A DNA stretch of 63,263 bases, filler included, from Sphacelaria rigidula (taxonomy: Eukaryota): assembly GCA_964200075.2 (NCBI GenBank). It is 4 parts of 4 records of this genome, joined end to end, with 100 filler letters (N's around TTAATTAATTAA, not from the genome) between each part and the next. Parts side by side here need not be neighbours in the genome. Positions count along the whole stretch, not along the records: positions 1 to 15,743 come from CAXNAA020001614.1; positions 15,844 to 31,586 come from CAXNAA020001615.1; 2 more parts are not named here. One strand, 5' to 3'. Under the pieces are notes generated by a model. The model searched no databases. It was not told where the DNA came from and worked only from the letters and a program-made list of their open reading frames with translations. The position numbers and the translations under genes were made by a program. Every line of letters begins with the position of its first letter. Position 1 is the first letter of the stretch. Positions 14,701 through 28,200 of the stretch are shown in pieces.

Positions 14701-15148
14701 CTACCGCCCCCGCCCTACGCACCATTTCTGTCAACCCTTACAGTAGCTGGGCGACCGAGCAGTCCCTCGAACGCCCCAGCATCTTCCCCATGGTCGAAAC
14801 CAGCGCCAGCGTCAACGCAGAGATTTGGGTTACTGATAAGGGTGTATGTTCAGTCGGCTGTCCGTCGTATGCACTGGTGCTGGCCGTGTGTGTTTGGATT
14901 TTGTCGATCTATGTACTAGTTAGCGTGACACTGTACTGCAGGTGTTTCGAAAAACTCTGCGGCATTCTCAAGCTGCATTGTGTCGCACCGAACCCGGAGG
15001 ATAGTACGCTATTAATAATCGTAGCCCTGTTCTCACCATCGAAATCCAGGGCGAACACGTCGCCGCTGCTTGTGGAGCCAGCTTGCATTGTAGTAATCTG
15101 TCTGTGCCGGAGCGCGCTGATTTCACTCTTTGTGTTGCAAGATCGAAC
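8122..15148 (-). CDS. HAD-superfamily hydrolase, plant/cyanobacterial uncharacterised type (resembles Arabidopsis At2g45990 family, from memory); 9 exons; 5' start uncertain
   Basis: Hand-spliced with GT-AG introns and all phases consistent. Exons: 15037-15148, 13019-13142, 12239-12323, 11558-11604 (or 11607), 10598-10736, 10069-10162, 9602-9686, 9215-9287, 8122-8250 (TGA). Product contains HAD motif I (VFALDFDGVICNS), LRPVVETGYENILL, motif II (YVVTTKQQRFA), IYGLGSGPK, motif IV (FFEDRVETL) and LYLCSWGFNT. An in-frame ATG at 15088 (MQAGSTSSGDVFALDFDG) gives the minimal start. Confidence 0.92.
11689..11744. repeat. (CAA)n microsatellite, intronic
   Basis: Perfect AAC run within an intron of the HAD gene. 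Confidence 0.95.
14075..14432 (+). mobile_element. tRNA-derived SINE, family A, copy 1 (in an intron of the HAD gene)
   Basis: Pol III A box TGGCTCAGTTGG, B box GGTTCGAATC, (CA)n tail; colinear with 60902-61259. Confidence 0.85.
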
Positions 15149-15743
15149 CTGACGGGTGTTTTATTGGAGCAGGGGGCAAGAGCCGTGTTGTCAACCACTT
15201 CTAAGTGCGGGGCAACTCGTCGACGGGCGCATCTCGCGCGCAGGGATAAAAGTGGGGTACTTCACAAGGCGCGGATATACGAAAAGTAAATCAAAAATGT
15301 ATAAGCTACGTACCCCTTGCAATGTACTAAGACAACTCACTCGACCCTGGCGAAGCAACCGCGCGCAACGGTAGGTTGCTGTCGGCGTGACGGCATAACG
15401 GACCCCCCCCCCCCCGGAAGCAACTCATGGGAGGGTGTCATCCAAATGCAAGAATCAGTACGCTTCGGACCTAGTGCTGTTCCTTTTCGATAATATGGAG
15501 GGATTAGGGCACGAGACGTGTGACTTCCAGTATATACTGTCGTATACCGAAGGTTTCAATTGTCTGAGACCAAGGCTGGAGATCATCACGGGAAGAGGGG
15601 CGAGCACTCCCACCATCAAGAGCTCGCCTCACGGGCGGTCTGCCGACGTGAAGAAAGCTGCATCGCTTGCGAGCTACAGTAGTCAGCGTCAGAAGTATGC
15701 AGAATCCGTAATTTCTTGGTGTCTCCAAGATTGAAACCTTCGG

Positions 15744-15843
15744 NNNNNNNNNNNNNNNNNNNNNNNNNNNNNNNNNNNNNNNNNNNNTTAATTAATTAAN
15801 NNNNNNNNNNNNNNNNNNNNNNNNNNNNNNNNNNNNNNNNNNN
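15744..15843. other. Artificial contig linker
   Basis: N44-TTAATTAATTAA-N44. Confidence 0.97.
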
Positions 15844-18800
15844 TGTTTTCTGGTATCGCCACTTGCAGAGACAGCCACGGCTTATACACTGCCTCATGGG
15901 TGCGTCACCAGAGGGGGGGGAGGGGGGGGCAGGCTGAGAAAATGGCACGCAGTTTGATCGGTACATGAACATCTTTCACGAAAATGCGATCGGCCGACAT
16001 TTCTTGGTCTACCGCCGACGTCACCCACGGCCCTTTGCAGCGGAGAGACTTTGGCACTAGCATGACGTCACGCAATGGGTTTTGCTACTGATATGAGTGG
16101 GGATGAGGCCCATAACGTCCAAAAAATGCATGCTGTAGAGAAAAAGAAAAACACGGAGAGGAATAACGAACACGTCATCAGCTGTTTCGAGCTGTTCCGT
16201 AGAGGGCACACGCTTCGTCCCTAGTTAACTTGGTTAGGGTATACCACAACAGCAGCACTTTCATCGCGTTTTTTTCGGCACAGGAAGCGAGCCCACCTGT
16301 GGCACTTTACAGCCCCCCGCACACACACTAACGGTAGGGATTCACAAAAGAAATGGCTCAGATCGCCGCAGCAGACCCCCAAAAGCCCCGCAAAAAGCGC
16401 AAAACACAGTAGCTTTGAATACGTTTTGACTTCGTGCAGCGTTTATGGAAAGCGTCAAGGAAATTCTTTTTATGGTTCCCTAGTTTCGGTGTTTTGCGAC
16501 CGCACACGAGGAGCGGCAGTCCAATCCTCTGCATGGGTGCCGAGACATCCGCGTTGAAAGATCGACACTTTTAGGTTGGGCGACCAGCAGCATCTTGGCG
16601 GTACCAGCAGAAAGCCAGGGGCACGTTTGCTGCTGGTGCTCTGATGTGTGGCGGCTACTACTACTACTGCTGCTGCTGCTCTTTTATTGTCTCGTGATGT
16701 TCACAAGGGCTGTGAACGTGGTGTGGTGGCTCGTGGGCGTGTGCTTCTCGAGTACTACAGCAACAAACAGCAGCAGTACGCTAGTGCAGCAACGGGGGCA
16801 CAACAGCCGCAGGAGCAGCAGAATCTGTCCTCCTCTTGCTGTGCCCGTGTGTCCACGTGTACAGCAACGTCAGTCACAGGCTTGTTATATAAATGCATAT
16901 TGTAGTATACATTTTATATGTACCAGGTCGTTATTTTGACGTGACGCGTATATTTGTGGTTGATACCAATTGCCTCGTTCAGGTTTCAATTCTTCTGTAG
17001 ACCGGTAGATGCACACGTTCCCGAAATATAGTGCCCAAAATCGGCCCGCATTCCCACTCATAACTGTGGTCAGAATTCTTGGGGGGGTGATTACTCGGAG
17101 ATTCGCCTGAAGCGTACGTCACCGACCGAAGTGGCCCACCGTTCTGGGGGATGATCTAAACATGTGTCTGTAGCGGCATGAATGTTGATTCATTGAAAAT
17201 GAACTGGGTTCGGAGATGACCTCGTCCATACTGGGTAGCGCTTTTCATGGCTAACGTCATCCCCAAAATAATTCCAAGATAAATAAGAACATCTGAGGAA
17301 AAAACTCGTAAATTTCTCGGTCGGTTGGGATTTTGACGCGTTACAATAAAACGACGTCTGATGATGATGAAATGAAAAAAAAAGACTGCTAAAAAAAAGT
17401 GCCGAATCACATTTCGAAGGGATTCCAGTAACCTCGGCAAATGACCCTGACACATTTACTTTTAATTTTTAAGCTCGGCACATTACTTAAAGACGAGAGA
17501 CAAAAGGGTCCAGCAGTTGCGGGCAATGATGCCCACACAGAGCAAGCTAATCGATACCATGGAGTCCATCATCAAGTACCCGCGTGAGAACTATGTCCAA
17601 TGAGCCTGCATGTCATCTTCCATGTCCGGGAGATGTTTGCCGGAGATGAATGGGACTGCAGAATGTCTCCCGCGCAAAGAGAGCGAACGCAAATCTCGCG
17701 TGCGTTGTTCCATGGCAGGTAAAATCCCTATTTCGTGAGAATGTGAATACTTCATAGACTAGAAGAAGCCTTGACATGAGAGACGCCTTCCGCCTCACAC
17801 CTGCAGAAGTACATCAACGCTGCAGCGAAGTGGCCAATTTTGCGACCGGAAACCTGTCGGTGGATGGTGTTGAGGGGCACACGCCCAGCGATCTTAAAAC
17901 GCTTCACGCTGTTACACCGCATCAAGTGTTGAGCGGACACAGATTGGACATGTGTTCCTGATCGACGATCGCGTGTGGTCAGTATGCCCCGGTGCTGCAG
18001 CGCAGGTGCTTGCCTGTCATGGTGGAGGGTGTACTCATGATCTTACATGCCGTAGCCATACGACCAATTAATCTCGCATCCTTACAAGGCCGGGACGGAG
18101 CACGCCAGGTTTTTACCGGACCAGGCTCGCAATCAATCACCGAGCGTATGAAGGGCGAGCTGCATTCTGCTAAGATTGTTCAACCCGAAGCGTACTGATT
18201 ACTTTCGAATGAGTTGCTGCATTTGCTGGTATCGCCAATTCCAGAGACAGCCTAGAGTTCCACCCTGCCTCATGGGGTGCTCACCATTAGTAGAGGAAGG
18301 GGTCGGAAACCGCACTTTTATGCAATTGGTGGCTGATTGTGTGAGCGAGGGGGAAACAAGTTCGGCAATCTTGTCGCGCTATGGACGGCATCGTCACGAT
18401 GCAGCATCTTTTATTGTTTGGTCAAAAACAAACGTGTCAGTCATGGGGTATAACGCTCTCCCCCAGTCAAGTCTACAACAAGTAGCGCGAGTGTCTACGA
18501 GGGCATCACACATCGCTCTGCCCCATGTCGGACGCCCGCCTCCTGCCCCGACTGAGGCGAAGATTGTGACTACGTTGAGTTACGTCCCATCTCTGTACCT
18601 TCTGTCCAACCCTCTCGCTTGCCGCGGTGATCGTTACGCGCTGCGGCCAACAACGCATGACCAACCTACCGAGGAATACAGTTAGACATGCTAATCGGGG
18701 CCAGAATATATTGGAAAATTTTGCGAAGAGTGTCCAGGATCTTCCTGACTGAAAATCGCACAAGCCGACCAGATGGGAATGATCCGCCCGGTCGATCGGC

Positions 18801-19678
18801 GAAGAAGCGGATGGGCCGCCCGGTCGGTTGGGAAAAGAAGCGCTCAAGGCCATCTGCACCCATGACACGCACACGTCCCTGCTGCATTGCATCGCCGGTA
18901 CGGTCTATTCATCATTCATTTTCACGTCAAAACTGTGACAATGCAACACAGATGACCCGCGCTGGGGGTGCCCGTCTGTATAGGACGAGACAAAGCCGAT
19001 CGAAAACGCACAGAAAAGTACAGCAGTGCAATGCTTTACATTACAGTACAGTGTTGTCTTCTTTCTCCCACCCGTTGCGTTCGTTCCGTTCGTCTATGGG
19101 CATCACGAAGGATCGGACTACACGAAACTCTCCGACACCGTCATCCCCTCCTGCCTCCAGTTGCAAAAAAAGTCCTTGGGCTGCGGTGGGAACTCATTTT
19201 TTAAGTAAATACTTCGCCCATAAAACACAACTGACCCATCATGAGGTGGCTGCTCTCTGTGTAAATAGACAAAGCCGAAGTGCACCGTACAGCATAGCGC
19301 AATCAGTACAGTGCAGCGCAGTACAGTACAATGTTATCTTCTCTGTGCCCCCCGCCGCATTCCTCCCTTCTTCTGTGGGTATCGTCGAGTATCGGATGAC
19401 TTCTTTGGAGATCGCCACTCTTCTCGCCAGCTCTAAAAGTGACGCGTGATCGCCAGGGCGATATCTTGTGTTCATATTTCAAGTCAAAATCTCTGGAGAC
19501 GGTCGCCTCTTCCCACAAATAACCGGCTCTAAAGTTGAATTCTGCGACCCCCGTTTAGGTCATCTGGGTTTTGCACTCATTTTTCACGTGAAAAGTATGC
19601 CAATACGACATATCCCCGACCCTGGGTTGAGTGGAGGGTGACAGACATTTGTCGGTGTATTCCCAATGATTGTCGCAC

Positions 19679-22600
19679 TTTGATTGATTGACGCACTTTA
19701 ACTGACCCCCCCGGGGTCCAGCCGTGGTCTCATGATGGACGTACGTACCCAAGAAAAACGGAATTCAAACACGCTCCAAGGAAGAAAAAAAATAAGGAAC
19801 AGAAAACAATAGGAACAGGAGGAAAGAGAAAAAAAGAAAGAAGGGTCGAACAGAACGACATAGCAGACTAAGTCGTGACAATAAAAAAGGAATAGAAATT
19901 CAACACAAGCAAAGCGCAGAAAGAAATGGCCGACCTAAAGCAAGCAAGAGGAGAACAAGAGGAAAGTACAAATTAAATAAAAAAATACATTGGAACGGTG
20001 GAAAAAAAAAAAAAATACAATGGAACGACAGGAAAAGAAGGACGAAAAAAAAGAAAAGCCTACGGGATTCATGGCAGCAGAGTAGATACAAACACACACC
20101 AGTGGGCGCCGCGGAGCCACCGACTAAGGACATAATCAACAACCGATATGAGAGGACAGGATTTTCCGATTGGCAGCCCTCGACGTAGCAGCCTCTCGCT
20201 TGTGACGTTGGTCTGATTCTCGCCTGTCCGCGCGTCGCCACGTGTCCTCAAACTTTTCCGCTCCCTTTTCGACTCCAATATGCCATTTGCCCAGATCCTT
20301 CGCCGCAGTGACCCAATCGTATGCATCGTTGACCTCTACACCGTAGACGAACCACTTTCGTCGGACTTCCTTGTGCGGGACAGCTCCTAGCGCACGTAGG
20401 TTCTCCTGTAGGGTATCCTCCCATTGCTTGGGGGGGGCGGCCGACCTCCTTGGGTCCTCGTGTGGAAAGCCGACCGTTCATGACACGCTTGGGGAGGCGT
20501 GTGTCCTTCTGCCGGACAAGGGCTCCCGCGAAGCAGAGTTGACGTTTGCGGATAGTCGTCTCGATACGTTCGCAGTTGGTCATCTCGAGCACCGCTCTGT
20601 ACGAAAGAATCTTGTAGCCATTTCGATCGTTCCTGCGGAATCCAACGACTCGCAGCAAGAACTTGTGATGAGCAGTGCGCAGACTGTCAAAGTCCTCAGA
20701 ACGTAGCATCCATGTGGCACACCCATACAACAGAGCTTCCACCACCTCCTCTTTAAGCAGTCGAACTTTCAAGGATAGCTCGGCGTTGGGTCGGTCGTAG
20801 AGTTGGGAGCTATATTTTCGGATACGCGCCCACGCCGCGCTGATACGGCGGTTGATTCCGGTGGACATTTTCGCGTCCGCGCTGATAGCCCCACCAAGGT
20901 AGATGAACTTCCCCGTCTGCTTATACCGTTGACCGGCAGCTCTGATATCCAGGGTGGCCTCCGTGGAACTGGGTACTGGCCAAAGGCGCATGGACTCTGT
21001 CTTGGTCTCGGAGACCATCAGGCCAAATTCCTGGCAGGTCATCACTATCACGGCCATCATTCGAGCAAGACCTTCTGAGGTCTTCGACGCTATGCCGGCG
21101 TCGTCCGCATAAAGCATTGCCCACACCGCGCGTCGCACCTTTTCCAGTCGTGTCTCTTCCACGGGTCCACCACCGACACCTTGTGGCGCATCATCTAGAA
21201 AGACCAAGTCTGAGACGATGAGTGGGTCCGCCGCAAACCGTTGGACGATCACTTCCACCAAGCCTGCTCCGAAGATGTTGAACAACAGCGGAGACGAAAC
21301 GCAACCTTGTCTGAGTCCCTGGCAGACTTCGAATCACGCTGATAGTTCGCCACTATCTAGCTGTAGTCGAGCTCGCATGCCGGCGTGAAACATACGAATG
21401 ATCGTGATCATTCGCGACGGGGCTCCGAACCGAGCAGGCACTTCCCACAGGAGCGTGCGGTCTACAGAATCGTAGAGTTTCTGCAGATCGATAAAGCACA
21501 TGTTTATTGGGATGTTGCTCGCCCGTCCCAACTCCTGGAGTCGGCGTACTACGAACATGATGTCTATGGTCGATCTTCGGCGCCTAAATCCACACTGCTT
21601 TTCCGGGAAGACATCTGTCTCCTCACAAATGTCACCGAGCCTATTGGCTACGATTTCGAGGAGAACTTCAGCAGTATGTGCCACAAGTAAAATGCCTCTG
21701 TAGTCACTACACTGGGTCCTATCTTGTTTTTTGTGTAGCACTTTGATTGTGACATCTTTCCACTCTTGCGGCACCTCGCCAGATGTCCAAACCGCAGAGA
21801 CGACGTCGTGGAAGTGGTACAAAATGTCCGACGCCTCCCCTTTGAGTCCAAGCTTCAGGGTTATAGCAGGAATACCATCCGGACTGTTTGCTTTGCCGTT
21901 CGACATAGCTCTCAGAGCCTCCACAGTTTCACTTGGGTTTGGTGGGTCTCCTAGTGACAACGTTGTTGGTCGTTGAGCAATCTTCTCGATGATGGTGCGG
22001 TCGATAGTTGCCGATATGGCGTTCAGCGATGTAGAATAGTACAGTACCGTTCCCATCTCCCACTGATCAAACCTCTGTCCCGCAGTATTTTGCCGTCCTC
22101 ATCTCGTACGTACTGTTCACTCTCGATTGGTCGTCCAGACAGTCTCCACCCTCCGTTGAGATGTCTGTACCATCCTCTCATGTCCCCCGCTCGAGTATGC
22201 TCCTCTAGTTCTGTAGCATACACATCCATATATTTGTCAACCCCAACTTGGATCACGTCTTATTTCATCTTTTTGCATGCTGTTCGCAATGTTCGCCATG
22301 CGAGTTTATCCCGAGATTATCCCAGTCTCACCGTTGATCTCGCCCTTTCTCTCTCTATCCAGGCAAGTTCGAATTCCGTTCTGATTTCGGCATCCTCGAA
22401 CCACCCTGGTATACGTGGCTTTCGGGTCAGACGGGGTACCACATTTTCAGCGACACTGATGAGTACGTCAGCAAAGTTCGTAGCCAGTGAACTATCTGTA
22501 TCACCAGGTATACTCTGTTCGAGCTCGCTGATGATAAGTTGGGTGAGCTGATTACGTCTGACGGGGTCAGATACTATTGCCCGTCTGTCGATCGGTGTAC

Positions 22601-23770
22601 GCCCAGTTGGGATTCGTTTAGGTCTGTTGTGTGCGAAGCGACCAAGGAGCCGCACTGAGGGGCACACGATGTTGTGGTCAGAGTCCGGCGACTTGGGGGT
22701 TGAAGGTGGACGGTGACATTGCGGACGAGCCTGCGGTGATCTTTCCGTGTGATGATGTAGTCAGTGCGTTTTCTGTCCGCGGGGCGATTTGCAACACCGT
22801 TGAACGTACGCGAGGTGTTTCCCTTGGGGGTGGAAAATAACGTGTTGACCAGGGAAAGCCTGTTGGCGCCTGCAAATTGTACTAGAGAATTGCCGTTACC
22901 GTCGTTGGATCGGGAATCTCGACCGTAAGCTCCTACAATTTTACGTTCCTCCTCGCCTGTTCGTCGTCCAGTCCTCGCGTTAGCGTCCATTAAAATAAAC
23001 AGCTAATGCTTGTGAGGGATACAGTTCACAATGCCTTCTAACTCAGCCCAGAACACATCTATCTCTTCTCTTGGCTGTGGAGTGTCGGTCGGGGCGTATG
23101 CAACGACAAACGTGGCAGCATTTGATTCACCCGGTAGGTTGAAAGTCATCGACATGAGGCGTTCGCCCATGAGTGCCTGAGTCCACGTCGCCTCGCTGAT
23201 GATCGACTCCTTGACTGCCAACCCAACGCCATGTTGACCAGCCCTTCCCTTGCCCCCCTCTGCCCCGCAACAAAAGACGTGGTATCCCGCCGCAGAAAAT
23301 TCGGATCGACCTGGTCTCCTCGTTTCCTGTAGCCCGATGACTTGACTCTCGAGTGCCTGAATTTTTTCAGGACCACCTCAGCATGGCCAGCTCCGTTCTT
23401 TCCCGTGAGGGACAGTGTACGGACGTTATAAGTAGCCTCTTTGAGCTCCGTACTGCGTATCCTAGCTTTAGCCTTCTTTGTATTCACGCGTCCTTCTCTT
23501 TGTTCTGCTCTCCTTTTTGGTCTGTTGCGCCTTCTAATTTTACGGGCGAGCTGTTGTTTCCGTTCCGATTTTGCTTCGGCACGCCTATCACGGTACTTGC
23601 CATGCTTGTTGGTCTCGCGGGAAGGGTGCAGCCTTCCCATCCCGCGTCGGCCGCTGTCTCCAGTCCGCCGGATCTGATACTTACCCTTGAATGGGAACCA
23701 AACTGATCCCCGCAGCTGTAGCGTTCTACCCGGCGTTGAGACACTGTCACGGAAAGCACGTTGATGGAGA
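19679..23770 (-). mobile_element. Near full-length but inactivated non-LTR retrotransposon (RTE-like LINE: APE endonuclease + reverse transcriptase)
   Basis: Endonuclease motifs ATYNVRTL, GLQETRR, VVAYAPT, MDANARTG, DYII, SDHN. RT motifs EWKDVTIKVLHKK, QCGFR, FIDLQKLYDSVDR, GLRQGCVSSPLLFNIF, LYADD, FIYLG. One original ORF starting at ATG 23640 is broken by stops and frameshifts. Pyrimidine-rich 3' UTR ends in (TCAA)3. Confidence 0.92.
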
Positions 23771-23789
23771 TGGGGCACGTGGAGTAAGG

Positions 23790-25212
23790 CACAGCTCGGT
23801 AATACCATGAATTTGCCGAGATGTGGTGAGATGGTTGTTCAAGAAAGCAAAATACCTAAATATTAACGAAAATGCACCAGCTGTACGTGAAAATATCTTT
23901 CAACCACGGACTGTACCTGAAACTCCACGAATACCTGAGTGTGGAAAAGAAGATGAATACCGTAGATTTCTCGGTTGCTGTGGAGCGGATTCTACAGGTG
24001 TAAAGAGCCACCGTCGCTGCGACTGTTTTGCACCCCGCGAATGCGATCCTTGCCGAATCCTGCTTGACACCACGACATGAACACCGCGGACGCGAGGAGT
24101 CGGCAGAGCTGTTTCTTTGACGTGCCCGTTTGATTCTCCGCGAATGCCAAGGGTCGCTCCTGCTGCGTCTTCGGCTCGCATGCTTCCTCCTCGTCGCCTC
24201 CGAAGCAAATTGTGCTGCCTCCTTGTCCCTCACCTCGGATCTGAGCGCACTCGGAACGTGATGAATGATTGCCCAGTGACTCTCTGAAGCCGATGACAAT
24301 CTGCGCAGTGCCGTCATCTGTTCCTGTCCCAGTGACGGTACTGCACTGTCTACTCGTTCTGCGACGTGCAGAGCGCGCCGAGGGCGATGTTGAAAAACCA
24401 TGCATGACAAAGGCGCATGCATTTCAACTGGCACGCTAACGATCAACGTTCGAGTAAACCGTGGTGCACAACGCCCCACGGCCCCGCCCCCGCCCCCCGT
24501 TAGAACTTACTTGGCATGACCGCCAACCAGAGCATCCGTCGCTCATGCCCGACTAGGGTTGATGATTGCGTGTGCTCATGCGTATTTTGATGTATGACGT
24601 CGTCTGCGTGCTTTGCACGTAAGAGAACGAGTAGAATGTACAGTATCGTCACCGGTACTGAACAGAGCAGGTGACGGCACTGTAGACATTTTCCTCGGTT
24701 CCAGAGAGTCACTTGGCAGTGACTCATCATGTCCCGGGTGCGGTCAGATCCGAGATGGGGGACAACGAGACTGCACCATTTGCTTCGGAATCGACGAGGA
24801 GGAAGCATGTGGGCCAATGATGCAGCAGAAGTGGCCATTGGCACTCGTGGAGAATCAAACGTGCGCGTCAAAGAACCAGCTCTGCTGACTCCTTGCGTCC
24901 GCGGTGTTCATGTCGAAGTTGTGAAGCAGGATTCAGCAGGGATCGCATTCGCGGAGTGCGAAGCAGTCGCGGCGAAGAGTTGGCATCGGTGGCTTTTTGC
25001 CCCTGTGGAATCCGCCTCCCAGCAGCCGAGAAAATTTACGGTATTCATGTTCTTGACTACGATCAGGTACTCGTGGAGTTTCAGGTACAGTTACTGCGGG
25101 AGATAGGTAACTTCACGTACACCTAATACGTTTGCGGTAATTTTCAGGTATGTTGCCTTCTTGGATGATAAGATCACCACCTTTGAGCAATTTCACGGGG
25201 CTACCGAGCTGC
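23790..25212. repeat. Long diverged inverted repeat (arms about 23790-24415 and 24565-25212)
   Basis: cagctcggta/taccgagctg at the outer ends, gtacctgaaactccacga/tcgtggagtttcaggtac internally, ctactcgttct/agaacgagtag near the inner ends. Confidence 0.85.
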
Positions 25213-28200
25213 ACCTAGAAAAGTCCAACCGTGTTCCGGTATACCTCAAGATAACCATTCCGACTGGAATCTTTCACATACAATCACCCATGTCTGGCCA
25301 ATGTATTGGTACATATAGCCATCAGCATGCCGAGAAGTATGTTTTTGATGTGACCTCGCATGGGTTGTGCGATAGTCACCTTTTCTCACGTGATTTTTGT
25401 TCTTCGTGGCCACATCGCTGCTATGGGCTCCGATGCCTTTTCAAACTGGTTTCCGCTCCCTCCGCGTTTTTTGCGAGCTTGAAAAACGACTCTAGCGGAC
25501 AACGTCCGAATCTGCGATAAAGGGTCCCCATAACAAGGAGGTAACATTAATTTTCATCACAACGCTCGATGCACAGTGTTGAGACAAAAGTGAGCATGGG
25601 CGAAACAGAGAATTGGAAGCTTTTCACCTGTAGCCCTGCTGGCCATTGCGCTGCTGTATGCTTGCTGCATGGGTGTGGCACTGGAACCGTGCTGCGCCAT
25701 GTTCATGTACCTTTGACGGCTGCTGCGTTGTAGGCAACGGCCTCGGACCTGGCGAGATGGTGCTGCCACGCCTGGCGCGCTCCCGACGAGGTTTCGGCGG
25801 TTGTCAACACCGTATTTTGTCCGCAAGCCGCGAGCCATCCGGCGGCAGGTCATTCAGTTGGTCACGCACAGTGCTATGATAATTTGCACCGTAATGCACC
25901 ACCAACCGCCAGCCCACACCGTGCTCCCCTACAATCTACGCAAGCAGCCATGTCCTTCCATACAAACCGGCGACTGTACCAGAACATCCGCATCATCTGC
26001 TGTGGGTATATATCTTTCATCGTATCATAAACTGCCTTCCTGTATACTTCGTAATATATGCAGAATTCAGCATGACCGCCATGATCTCCGAACATTCGCC
26101 ACTGTTCCATGTGGTTGCGATCCCCCCTCTCAGTCTGCGTTAGTTAGTAAGGCGTCATATTATCATTCCTGCGCTGTTCGCCCGCGTTTTACCGCTCGAT
26201 TCTATGCCTCGGTTGCCCTTCAATTTTCATTCCCTCGATGCCCGTTGCGCGTGTGCTGATTAATTTTGTACGCAAAATGCTTGGCTCCCTGCTGGTGGCC
26301 TTTGCAGGGTGCGCAAAACCCAGGGCACGAAGTCTGCGGTAAGGTGAGGATGCGACGACATAACTGGATGCACAATAGCCGAACTTGATTTTTTTCATAG
26401 TACATCTTGATTTAAGAGGAAGGTATCACAAAGCCATCGCATGGAAGTAGAGGAGGTGCCGGTTGTAACAGAAAGGCGGTGTAATTATGAAAAAAAAACT
26501 TCCGAGCTTTTTCAACTCTGTGCCTCGAAATAGGAAAAAACATGTAAGGTACCTTGTTTCTATTTTGTGTTGAAACTTGAGTTTCTTCGATTGTCTTCCA
26601 TGTTGCAGTCCTCCCCGCTCCTTCTAGCATATGACTCTTACTGAATCACCAATATCGATTTAAGGGGAGGACAGGCGGGTCGAAAATGTATCAAATGCAT
26701 TCAACTAAGTTGATGTTTACTGCTGTACCCGTGTTGTCTCTATTTTCCGTGTGCCTAAAGTATGCAGTGTTTGACCCTAAGGTATGGAAGCTACTGTCTT
26801 TTTGTCCCCCTGATTCCCCCGTGGGCACATGGGGTGTATTGCACGGCCCTGGGAGCAAATTACTCCTCTCTTGATCTTCCGTGCAGTACAAAAATCACCG
26901 GGAGATGTAATGCTGACTAGCAAACGATCGTTATGGTAATGGTGCCCCGTTTTTGTCTCATCTCGAGCCGCTTGCGAAAGACAAGTTGGACGTGTTGGTA
27001 TTTTGTCCTCCCGTTTCTCACGCTCTTGCTATCCTCTCCTCCGTCCTTCCACATGGATTTCAAGTTTTCGAAGTTACTCTGTTCCCTAGATCTTTGCAGA
27101 TTTGGCTGCAGGTTGTGCATAGGAAAAGCCCGTCACCAGAAAGAGACATGTATCCGTCACCAGGCAACTCCCTCCTTTAAGTATATCGAAAATGTCACAC
27201 TGTTAGTCCATTCCCGGCGTTCTGTGCTTGGAAACAACAGATGATACGTTTTGTGCTCATTTAAACACAGATCGGGCTGAAAGCAATATATGAGATCGCT
27301 CTCATCAGGAAGAAGGAGATAGAGGTGTTTCGAACGCCGCTGGAAGGGGTTTGTCGATCGGTGGCGGCGACTGCCTTATCCATGGGCCTGGAGATTGTGG
27401 ACGATCGAAGAAAACCCGACGCAGAAGACAGCGATGACGAATAAGTTGTCGAGTCTCGTTTTTTTAAATCCTCGACGCTGTTGTATTGCGGAAAGCTCCG
27501 TCGATTTTTGCGGCATTATGCTGGACAGGGAGGGGAGATGGTGTTTCGGAAACAACACGTCCATGTGTCCCTGGAGATGGCGTTGCCGTACCGACACGTT
27601 TGACTGTGACTAGTATCTTCTGTGTTGTGCGGGATAAGAAATTGAGGCCACCGCAGGGACAATCCTGGCAAGGCGTGCAAGGTTCATTTGGTCGCTTCCT
27701 TTGCGTGACGAAATGCGGTTTACCATGGATCTTTCGTCCCAGCTCGAGTGGCCTCGCAGGGCTTATGCAAGACGTGCAATTACAGTACGCGGTATCACGG
27801 CATGCTCGCAACGGGAATCCTTGTTTTTCGTTGTTGTGACAGTGGTGAGACCTCACGAGAACACGTGTCTGACCCACGGTACCACACGTGGACCGTGGTT
27901 GAGACCTTCGCTGGGGATGATTCATGACGCTTACTGCTCAAGTGAGATGTTCCACAGCACAGCGGCATGTGCTTCTGTGTGTGCAAGGGTGTGCGGTTGA
28001 TCATTCTGCGCCCGCGTCACATTTTTGTTGTTGACATGCAGCAAAGCAACCTCGCTCATGACGCGCGGAACGACACTGTCCCAGGCGCTTGGTTATGATG
28101 TAACCGAAAATCTCTTCCTAACAGGTGGGCATTCTTGCTAATCGCAAACAGCGCACAAACCTGATTTCAGTGTATAGCTGGATAGCAGGGTGGGATTAGT

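Noticed and set aside
18688-19449. 253-aa ORF
   Set aside because: It spans repeat fragments and a diverged direct duplication (about 18965-19120 and 19245-19400) and has no protein-like motifs.
26660-27180. Kolobok-like element between TTAA sites
   Set aside because: The putative TIRs match only over a few purine-rich bases.
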